IMG/VR virus record: IMGVR_UViG_3300021399_000152
Coordinates: 1 to 64,000 of that record
DNA: 64,000 bases
Reading direction: 5' to 3' (one strand)
Origin: a virus
Made by a program: the position numbers and the translations under genes. Each line of letters starts with the position of its first letter. The first letter of the stretch is position 1. The notes below the pieces were generated by a model that was not told where the DNA came from, did not search any database, and saw only the letters and a list, made by a program, of their open reading frames with translations. Below, piece after piece: positions 45,901-57,900 of this stretch.

Positions 45901-48900
45901 AGCCATCCTCATTTGTGGCAAGCTCACGGCCTTCATGTTCGAACAGATCATAGAAGATTGCAGCGATAGCAGGATCAGAGAAGAAGTCTTTCACCGCTCC
46001 TTTGTCTTTCATCCATGCAAGGTCGGAAGATTCAAATGCAGTCTGGAATTCTTCAGCAGAGCTTGAACTGCGAAGCATAGCATAGACATCATCAATTCTT
46101 TTCTGCTTTTCTCTCGTGTCACCAAGATGGCTGGCTTCATCAACCCAGCCTGCAATATCAGCAAAAGAAAAGACGTTGTTTTGGTCGATCTTGGATTGCA
46201 AACCAGCGATCAAATCAATAAAGTCTCCGATCACTGTTCCAATTGCAGTTAATGCGTGGTCGAGAGCAGACTGTTTCGAGTTAATGTCGCTCGTTAATTG
46301 ACTTACAGTAGCACTGGTTATTTGCATAGAGTCGATCTGATCTGTAGTCCAGCCAATTGCTCCAGCTATATCCTTCATTTTCTTAGCATCCAGAGATTCG
46401 CCAGGTTTAGTCATCAGAGCTAATGCATCCAGATATTCATTGTATGTTTTAATCCTGCTCTCAACATCGCTGACGTATTTATTTCTTTGATCTTGTGTGC
46501 CATACAGTTCTGTTGCTCTGCTCATGGTTTCTTGGTCAAAATAATCTGCGTTGGCATTATACATATTAGTCAACAGATTACTTGCTCGTTGCTGTCTGAG
46601 TTGTCTAGCTTCCTCGGAGCTTAATGCCGTGCCTCTCTGAATCAATTGTTCAATACTAAGGCCATTGATATTAGAATATTGGCTTGCTAATGCCGCCTTG
46701 ACTTCTTGATCTTCTCTAGCATAACCACGCAAGATGGCAGTACGACCTATCATACTTGGATTAAGCAATGCATTATAATATTTCATCACATCAGGATTAT
46801 TGTAATCCTGTGATAATGAATTGAAGTAATTTATTCCGGCACTTTCCAAGAATAATTTGCCCATAGTCTGGCGCCAACCATTCTGAACAGCATTTTGATA
46901 TTCAGGGTTTGTTAACATGGTTGACATAAATTCACGCATCATGTCTGAAGACGAAGCACTTAATGCCTGGTTAATAGATGCCGCATCCATGTTGGGTTTG
47001 CTAGTCAGATATCTGTATGCCGCCAATGCCTGATCTTCATATTGATATGGGCTTACATATCCTTTGAAAGCTTCAGATGCTTGATTGGTCCGCGCTGTGC
47101 TTGGCATGAAATAATATTGCCCGTTTGTAGTGGCAAAGAAACCATCACGCGTAGAAAACATATCTTTGACAAATGGCGCATACTCTGGATACGCATTTTG
47201 GAATTCTGCAAGGCCAGAATTTAATGCGCCCCATTCTTTGTCGATGAATGACTGGTATGTTTTTAACTCATCGGCAGTCTTGCCTTTGGTATCAATCTTA
47301 AAGAAAGATGATACTAAGTCGCGATCAGCTTCAGACGTACCACCATTCATGAGTCTTGTGAATGCATTGATAGCTTCGCTTTGTTGCACAAAAGTATTTA
47401 ATGTTGTAGAGACGGCAGACGATGCGTCAGCACCGCCAGTACCAAGTTTGATATTCTCAAGCTGTTTGAAGTTTTCGGCTACCTCTTTCGAGATGATACC
47501 AAGATTTACGAGATCATCATAATGGTCAATCTGAATCTCAACATTGGCTTTCAGGCTCAGTTGGTCAAGCTCTTTCTGAATTTGAGCATAATCAACATCG
47601 GCTGCTAACACCAATGAACCATTTTCATCTCGTTCAAAATTACCGGTATCAGTATTGAACTGGAATAAACGATAAAGCACAGATGCAACATCTTTATTAC
47701 CAGCAAACTCTTTAAACTGGTCAGCATTTTTTACCCAATCAAGATTACGTAACTGTTCAATGAATGCCTGTCCATTCTGAGCTCTGTTGGCAGCACCAGC
47801 AAGATCAGCATATTGTTGTTGACGATATCTTTGAGCACCCTTGCCACTGCCGGTATTAACCCAATCATACAATTCTTCTAATGTCCACTGTTTCGATTCT
47901 GCTGTAAGATCTTTGGTGGCATTGCTCAATGAGGTGGAGAAACCATCCGCAGCGTCTCCAGCCAAAGCAACAGAAGAAGTAAAGGTGGAAATTGTGCTTT
48001 CAAGAGTTATCGAAGCTTTAGCAATGCTTTCATCAGATGTCGTCAAACCAGCAATAGCATCCTCGGTCATACCGCCAGTTCTTGCAACTTCCTGAATAGC
48101 AGAAAGTGATCTTGCATATTCAGGCAGCCTCTGTTGGAATGCAAGAGCAGCACGACTAGTTCTGTATTGTTCTGAAGTTTGATGAACTTGATTGAGATAT
48201 TGCAACTGCTCTTGTTCAGTGCCATACAAATTTTGCGCACCAGATAAAATAGAGTAATCGTATCCATAAGGATTTGCAGCATATGACTGCATCAGTTTAT
48301 TTTGAGAATATGCAGAACGAACTCTGTTTATATCCTGTTGTGTTAGCTTTTGTCCTTGCGACACTTTGGGCAATAATTCTTCTAACAGGCTTTGCCCAAT
48401 CCATTGCCCAAGAACATTTTTCAGCGGATTGTTGTTATCTAAGTTTTTCAACACAGACTGATCAGATTTAAGTAAGGCATCATAATATGATTTAACTGTT
48501 GCATTATTGTAATCTGTGTTAAGAGGATTAAAGGCATTATATCCATACGCGCCTTGAGAGAAAATATCTGCAACACTTTGCCAATCTCCATTGTTAATAA
48601 AGTCAAAGTACTGTGCATTTTTCGATAATTCATTCAAGAAATCCGAAGATGTTCTCTCTTGCAATTGAGCATGGAAATTGTCTGGTATTTTGTAAGTTTG
48701 ACTTTCTTGATCATAAAAACTGTTGAGCAAATCATATGCGTTCTTATAATCATTGACTGCATTGTATTTAACAACATTCGCATCGAGTTTCTTTTCGTAA
48801 TCATACATAGAACGATCAGCTGCCTGATATATGTATGACCCTGTTTTATCATTCCAGATTAATCCAGACTCCAAAAGCCGTGAATCAATATCTGCCCTTT

Positions 48901-51900
48901 GCTCATCAGAGACGTATGAACGAAGCATGTTAGCTTCACGCACAGCTGTATCCATATCAGATTTATCATTTAGCAACATTTGTTTGTATTTATAAGATCC
49001 AGCTTGCACATCTTCTACTTCACGCCCAAGCATTGCAGCTACAGTTTGGTAATCCTGACTCAAGGCGCCGTTATCATTTGCAATTCTCGAAAGAGCACTA
49101 TAATAGTCAGCTCTTCCAGTAATTGAATTGACTATCTTGTCAATAGACGTTTGTCTTTCTGTGCCAGATGTAGATGTCTGCAAAGTTGTATAGTTGCTAG
49201 CAAAGTCACTTGAGATAAGACCAAGATCACGCTGTGCGGTAATTTCCTTTTGCGCAATTTCATCTAACAACTGTTTTCTGATTAATTCATCTGTGCCTTG
49301 GCTGTCAACAAACTGCTGCAGATTGGGATATGTAGCTTTAACACGCGCAAGCAATCCTTCGTTGGTCTGAGCAAATGCTTGAGTTTTGGCATACGGATCC
49401 GCAGCATTAAGTATCTGTCTTGCCATATCATTGATTTGAGCATTTGTATAATAAGTATCGAATGATGCAAATGGGTTTTCTTTATTCATTGTGATGCCGC
49501 CATTGGTATAGCGTGCAAGCACATTACCATTTTCATCCATATCAAATCCGATACCGTACATGCTAAACAAGTTCCACATACTCTGAAGCATCGGGTTGTT
49601 GTTGACAATATCACTTAATGCTTTGCCTTTGTTTGACGGGAGTTTGGCATAGCTTGATAATGTCTTACTATAATTTTGGTCAATGCCAGACAGGAAAGAA
49701 CCGCTGTTTGCATAATAATTCTGCATGAATTGGGTATAGATTGCATCAAAATTATCCTCGAGCATTTGAGGTGTTGCTCCGGGAACATACTTTGCAATGA
49801 TTTCCCTTAACTTCTTATCACTACGCGCAGACTCTTTATCAACACTCATCACCTGATATTGCTCTGCTAATGCCGTTGCATACTTTGTAATGTCTTCCAT
49901 GTAAGAAGTAAACGAATTGGCACCAAGAGACTTTGATAACAAATGACGCCCAAGATCATCCTGATCGTATACACCAGTACCTTTGAGCAGATCTGCCATT
50001 ATTTCAGTGAGATCATTGTCAGCCTGCTGCAGCTTTTCAATATTATCTACTCCTCTGGTTGCCTCGGAAAATTTGTTGATGTCTTCGGCATTGCTTGCCC
50101 ATAAAGCAAATAGCTGTCTATATTCATCAACATAACCCTTTTCTTTGCTTGTTAATTTATTAGCGTCAACAAGATCACCGAGAGATTGACGAGCACGTAA
50201 ACCAGTTGAATTTGTTATAGCTGCATTAGCGATGTCATTAAAGTTCATTGCACGAAGAGCATTAAGCTGCTGCTTAACTTCTTCCGAATCTGCGGACTTG
50301 TAGAAGCTGTCAATGGCTTGCGTGATAGCTTCTTCTGTGAGCTCATCGAAACCAATCAAACCATTGTAACTATACCGGAAAGCATTCTTATCATTTGGCT
50401 TAAAAATATCATAGATAGTACGGTCGCCATTAATGAATGATTCCATATATTTTTTAATATTGGCAGAGCTTAAACCTTCATCGCTCATCTGTTTGAGTTC
50501 TTTGTCATAGTATTGCCCGATGTAGTCTTGTGCGAATCCTTTAATCATCTCATCGCTGGTAATACTCATCGTTTCAAAAACAGGGCGCAAGTTATCTGTA
50601 AATAAAGTTTCGATCTGGTCAGCTCTCAAACTTTCGATAGTTTGTTTGCTTTCTTCCAAAACATTATTTAAAACACTGCGCGGTTGTATCATTGCAGTTC
50701 TAAAACCGTTGACTATGCTGTAAATATCGTTAAGATCTGCTTCATCTCTATCGATAGGATAAAGAGCATATTCCTTGAGGATTGAAGCAAACTCTTTGTA
50801 CGATGTGATTTCTTTACCACCAACTTTAAGACCGGGTGTTTGTTTGATATATTTATCGAGCGCATCCGTAATATCATTGATATTTCCAACTTGTTCACCA
50901 TTTTCATTCCAAAAGTTGGTATCAATTGCATTACTCATACCAGATGCATTTGCGAACAATAATTCCGTTAGTCCACCTAATGTGCTAGTGCTGGAAAATA
51001 ATCTGCCTTGCAATACTTTGCTTAATTCACCATATGACCCATTGGCAAGTAGCTCTTTTTCACTATCAGTAAGAGATATACCTATGTCTTTGAAGTCTTG
51101 TTCTGTTAAAATATCTTTGTCGCTTCGATATAATGCTTCTAAATTATCATACAACTGTGGAGTTTTACCAACAAAGTTATTTAATCTTGCATACACGTAT
51201 CCATCACTAGTCAATTTCGTACCAGTATGTTCAGCAAGAAATGTTTGCTCTGTATCTTTGTATGTGTTAAGACTTTCAGTAATGCCACCCATAGCTTCTG
51301 CTAACAAGGTTGAAGCATCAGTTTTATTTTGCTGCTCGCTTGCTTCTTTTGCTCTCTTTGCAACTTCAGTGTAATATTCAAGAGAACCAGAAGCTTGGTT
51401 AACATTATCAGTAAGGCCAGAAAAATACACTGACAACGTTTGGACCGCAGTACCAAGAGCATCGGTAGCCTCTGTAGGAATGTTATCAAATGTGTCTTCA
51501 TACTTTGTCGTGATGTTATCAATATCATTGATCGCATCTTGAACCGCTTTTCTGCGTCTATCTTGTTTTTCTTTGAGTGCATTTGTATTTGTTCTTGACA
51601 GTTCACCATCTGTTTCCTTTTGTTCCGGTTTGCCAAAAAGCGCATTTCCGATTCCACCAGCTGTGCCAGCAACACCGGCAATTGCACCAATAGCAGCAAC
51701 AGTACTAATCAGACCAGCAGAAGCAGCAGCCCATTTAGTAATAGCCAAAGCATCAGGCATAGTTGCGATATCTTTAAGGAAACCAAAGACCGCTATCTTA
51801 ATTGACAATGCACCAAGAGCCGCGATTAATGCTGTGATCACAGGGATCGCCGCACTGCCAGCCTCACTCAGATTTGTGAAACCTTGGACCAAACCAGTGA

Positions 51901-54900
51901 CACCATTGAGCAAACCAGTGATCATATTATCCGAACCAAGGCTTTCAACGAAACCATCAAATGTAGACTTCAGGTTATCCATTGCAGCCTGAATTCCTTG
52001 GATTACAACTTCATACTTACTCTGAACTGTGTTATCAGAATTATCAGCAAGACCAAGATATTCATCAAGCAGCTTGCCGCCATCTTCGCCCATGCCAGCC
52101 ATAAGTGTATTGAACATGTTAGCCTGACGACCGCCAGCCATTGCATAAGTAATGTTGCCTTTCTGTAAGTCAGACAACCCTTCCCATACAGAAGCAAGTT
52201 CTCGAAGCACATCGAAAGAACTACGGAACACATCTTTGCTTGATCTTAATCTGATGCCAGCAGTTTTCAATGCGGTTTCAACATCATTGATACTTGTGGT
52301 TTCACCGGTTTCGTCCGTAATGAAACCTTCTTTTGTAACACGATTCATACGGCTGAACAATGTCTGGAAAAATGTACCAGCCTGTGCACCACCGAGCTGT
52401 GTCTTACTTGTTGCAATAGTCAGCATTGATGTCAATTCATTGTAGGAGACTCCGGCAGTCTTTGCAGAGGCCGCAGCTTTCTGCATACCTTTTTCAATTT
52501 CTTCTGCGGTCGTAGCTGCACTATCGCCAAGAGCAGTGAGTACATCCATAGCCTGATTAATATTGGACACGAGTCCAGTTTGAATAGCAGTTGTAAGACC
52601 TTTTGTTGCATCAGTGATTTTCGCACCGGTTACAGTACTAAACTTAACGATAGCATTTGTTCTTTCTTCTACCTCTTTATCTGAAAGACCCTGTCTGTAA
52701 AGAGCAGCCTTAGTTGAAGTAACATTGGAAACAGATGTTTTTAATTCTTTTGCTTGCTTGATAGAAGAAGCACGCACTTCACCCATCTCACCGGTAGACT
52801 TACCAGAAATTGCTTGAATAGTCAACATGTCAGCGTTGAACTGACGCACGAATGTAGAGGCTTCTTTAAAAGCAGTTTGCAATGCTCGCTTGCCTAACTG
52901 AAGAAGGAGATTTTCCGCAGCATTGCTGACATTCATTAACGTAGTACGAAGCAGACCACCAGTAGAACTGAATTCTTTCATGGCAGCATCTGCCTGAGTT
53001 AAGCTTGCATCGTAGTCGGCAAGAGCATTATTGGCAATACGGATGTTTTCATCAATCAAAGCAAGCTTATCTGTATCGGTTGGATCAGTGTGCTTCCTTT
53101 GATAATTTAACTGATTGATATGAGCATTTGTTCTGTCAATTGCAGTTTGCGCTGAATTGCGTTGGTGCATCCATGACAAATACTGCTGATCATTATACTG
53201 CCAACTACGGCCCACAAATGTCGGACCATACTGTAAGCGAGCCATGTTATACTGCCTCTTAGCAGCATCAAGCTGAGCCATGTTAATTTTATGCCCAATG
53301 TCACCATTAGATTTTGTTTCTAATAATTGAAGCTTTTGACGTTCCTGTTCATCCTTTATAATATCCTGCAAGATTTCACCGGATTGAACTTTGCCATTTG
53401 CATCAATATATTTTTGTAAAGCAGAAGGTATATGTTGTTTACCATCACTGCCTTTAAAAGCATCGTCTTGAAACAAAGATTTAAGCTGCGTTGCCAAAGA
53501 AGCACTTCTAAGTTCTGACATTTTCATGCTTGATGTGCCGACCCCAGTAAGAGCAGCGGTAATGTTGGCAACTTGTTCCATCTGTTTGTTGTGGAAAGCC
53601 TCAAGCTCAAGTTTTTCATTAGCATCTAAATCAATAGATTGTGAACGGGCAAGTTGTTGTTTAAGTCGTTTAACTTTCAAATATTGTGCATACTCATCTG
53701 CATAATTCTGTTTAAGAAATGCTTCACCGTTTGCCTGACCTAAATAACCCTCAATTAAACCAGTACGCAAATTAGCGCTATTTTCCAATATATCATCTTG
53801 AAGCATCTTTTCAACAGCTTGTTTTTGACTGCGTTTTATGTCAAATGAGCTTTTGATTTTGGATCCACTTGTCTGTGTCTGATATGCATCAATTGCTTTA
53901 TCAATGAGTTGACTACGATATTCTTGCAAATCAAAACTATCAAGATCACGCAGCAATGCATCATATAGATGTTGCTGATCCAGATTTAAATTTTCACCCT
54001 CGAATATTTTGGCAATGGTTGCTTTGCTTTGATCAATATCAAACTGCTTTTTAGCAACCGCAGCTTGTATGTCTGCACGAGTATCTGACGCACCAATAAT
54101 ATCATTAACTGATGCTCGCTGTGATGTTAATGCATCGCCAATATAACGTTGACGGAGCTTTTCCATGTTATCATCAGTTAGAAGAGCTTGAGCCTGCATA
54201 CTAAGTGCAAGAGCCTTGTCGTCGGAATACAGACCGCTTTTTCTGAATTCTTCGATATTACCAAGATGTCTTCCTACCATCAGCTTGTAATTATCAAGCT
54301 GCTGTTTAATGCTTGGCACCTTTTTATCTGGACCAACCTCACCGCTGATTTCTCTTGATAAAGTATCATATTCATCTTCGATGATTTCGTCAGCCTGATT
54401 GCTTAATGTTTCCTGAAATTTTTGCCGAGCTTCTTCCGCCTTCAAACCTAACTTCTGTGCAAGTCTCTGGTTTTGTTTATATCCTTTGACTCGTGCAGCA
54501 GTTTCTTGCAGTTGAGAATTGAAGTCGCTTATTTTTGCATTATATTCCTCTTCAGAAACTTCATTCTTTTTCTGCTCGTCTGTCATAGTGCCAGAAGCTT
54601 TTGCTTTAGCAATATCTTTTTGCTGTTTTATAAAAGCACTGCGTTCATCTTTTATTTTCTTACCAGTACCTTTACTTTCATCAATAAGTTTACTCAACTC
54701 ATTGTAATCATTATTCGCATTCTGTACTGCCTTCGCTAAATCATTCCATTGTTCTGTCAAACCTTTTGCTTCTTTAGAAGCGATCATTCCTTTATTCGTT
54801 CTTTCAATTTGATCAGCAAGGTCAGAATAGCTACGGATAGCGGCTTCTGGAACAGTCCTATAATAAAGATCTTTTATATCATTTGTTTCTCGCTGTAACC

Positions 54901-57900
54901 TTGCAGCTTCTGCGAAATTACCACGAGCTTCAAGAGTTGCAATTGTATCTTCGTTCCCTCGGATTGTTGCGTGATAGCTGTCCCAAATGTTACCTATTGT
55001 TTTTTCGTCCTCTGGAATTAATTTTCTTTGGATCGATTTCGACAGCTTTTGTGTTCTCTCCATCGCCTCTTTGTAATCTTCATGCGAAGTTAAAACACCG
55101 CCCAAAGCACCGGCATCAGAGATTCCTGTGCCACGCATTTGCTTGATTGCGCGTTCAGACAATTGCAATTCTTTCGCGAACTCATCGTCGATTCCGCCAC
55201 TAAACATTAATTTATTAGCAAGTAAACTAGCTCTTTGTATTGCATCAAGTCCAAGCCCGGAAGTTGAAAAATTCTGTATTGTTTGAATGACACGCGATGC
55301 TGCACGCACAGCATGCGCTATGGATTCTTGACTAGAGTCTATAGCATACATGTTTTGTCCAGCTGCAGCGTCAGCCAAAAGCACATTCAATGCACCAATA
55401 CCATTGTTTTTGAATTTATCAGGACCGCCTTGACGGAACTCGTCAGCATTTGCATACATCTGCAGCTGGAAGGCAACAGCTCGTTTTTTATCCATTGTGA
55501 AATCTTCAAGACCGCCATATGTTTTAATATCAATAATGTTGAGCTTATTATCTTTGTCCAGCATTCTGAACAGCAAGTCCTGATGACCATGCATATCAAT
55601 GGATTTTGACGAGTCACCAAGTTGCTCACCAAGTTTACTAATAGTCAGATCATCTTCGCTACCGATATATTCATTTGCTAACTCTGGGAGAATAGACAGA
55701 ATGCCCTTTTGATTTTGAGATGACATAAAAGCTTTGAATCTTCTGTATTTCTTTTGCAATCTGGATTCTGCTATATGACCACCATTGGGCTTAGAAGTAA
55801 TTTCATCAATCATTGCTTCAATACGTTCGTCATCCCAGTTAGCATCTTTGCCCAATGCCCGAAGCCTATCACTAAATGATTCAAATTTAATATTCTTTGA
55901 ACTATCTTCTGGATCTACTATTTCTTTACCATTCCAGATATCTTCAAGCAGTTGTCTCTTAACAGCTTCTGGCAAAGCTCGTGTTGCATTTGGATCATCT
56001 TTCAATTGCTTGCGCACAAGCTTTTCGCGAATATCAAAGTAATCCTGAATCATATCTTCTGCAGCATGACCAAACATAGTATGTGCATTTGTACCAGTGT
56101 CTCGCTTGGTGTCCATTTGTCCAAGCTGATTAACAACCCAGTCAACAGGGTCTTCTGCAAAATGGATCAAGCTTGTTACAGACCATCCAGTATTATCGAG
56201 TTTATCTTGTATAGCATCGTGTGGGAGATATTTAAGTTTACCAAGCGCAGAGGACGGATCAACACGTTCATACTGCCTTTTAGATGACAAAGCCATTTTG
56301 GCAATACTGTCGAAGTCAAGATGGCTTGTGCTATATCCACCGCCGAATCTTTTAAAAGCACGCATAGTACGTTTAATTGAATCGGAAGCATCATTGATGT
56401 GTTCATCTGTCAAGCCGTAATTAGGGTCAAGCAAGTTGCTAAGAACAGTTCCACCAAACTCGCCAATAATATATTCTGCTTCTTGATGGTTATGTCCATT
56501 TCTCATTTCAGCGTTAATTGCTTTCGTGCGCATATCAAGCAACGCGTCAGCATCATGTTGCGATGCAATAACATAGTCGCCGCGAAGTTCGCCAAGAAGC
56601 AAGCTTTCCATGCCAGTAATAAATTGTCTTGTTTCTTTTGTTAATGCCGATTCTGATGCCTCATTTAAATAACCTTTATCTTTAAGTCTTTGTAAATTGC
56701 CCAGAGTAGAGTTGGCAAAAGCAGTACTCCAACTTACACCATTATCCAGCTGCACACCGTTTTGTGCAGCGGTACTTCTTGCAAGTAATGAAGCTAAGAT
56801 GTTCCCAGACATATGTATCGATGGCAAATTCATTTTGAACAAATTTGTCTTTAAGAAACGACCATAGTCAATATTGTTTTTACTATCTCTGCTCTTCATT
56901 AATTGGTTGTTAAACTGGTCCCAAGACTTATAACCAAACAAAATATTTTTTGCTGTATCTGGTGTTTCAAAGAAATAACCAGTTTTTGCAGAAGTAGAGT
57001 TTGTATCGTATTGGTCAAAAGCCATGATAAGTTCTTTCGCAATATCTGGAGTGATATCCATCTGCATTGCGTTTCTGGAAATAGCATTAGGCCCGCCCAT
57101 TCGAATTGATTGCATCATAGAGGCTGTGACCCACCGTCCAACATCCAACGCATTACGCGGATCGAACTTTTTCTGGTCACCAAAAATGCTACGCTTTTGT
57201 TTCTCAAGAATACGGTCGCGCTCATCCGGGGCAAGCTGAGCTCTCGCAACAAGATCGTTATGATATGTAACAGTCTTATCCCAGATTTTATTCATCATGT
57301 CTTGCATGGTAGTGCCATCTTTGCTCATAAGATCAATGATATCTGACATATCACCGTCAAAGTCAGCACCTTGCATTAATCCGAGAAGAGGAGAGTCTTG
57401 TGCCAAATAGATAGCATTCGGGTCCATACCAAGCTGTTGGACGAGCTTCCTGAAATTAGTACTTTTAAGTGCCTTATCATTAGCTCTGTTATTTATTTTT
57501 TGTGCTGATTGGATCTGTGCCGGGAAACGGCTAATACCCAACAGTGTAGCCATACTCTTAGAGAACACAGCATCGTTCTCGCCTATACGTAATCTGGCAA
57601 TATCTGCCGAGCTTAATTCTTGCCCATTGGCATCCTTCGGCAACAGATCTTCTATAACTTGCCCAGTCTTTTTATCGATAAAACGCCTTGCTTTTCCGTT
57701 AGTAATCGGGCCAGCTTCCGGTACCCAGCCTCCATCCCACATATTCCGCGGAACTTGGTCGGCACCGATTTGCCCTCTTTTATACATTTCATTGATAGCA
57801 TCTGAGAATACATTGATTGCCCAAGGAGCCAGCATGCCACGATGCGCCTGTACTCCCTCAGGCATAGGAAGATCGCCTCGACTCATACGTTCAATCATAT

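Noticed and set aside
57349-57369. GADFDGD as a chance 7-mer
   Set aside because: Not dismissed. A chance match to 6 of 7 positions of the beta' motif is possible in 5.8 kaa. However, the beta-like KGV motif ~350 aa upstream in the correct order raises the prior, so it is reported as a hypothesis needing profile or structure confirmation.
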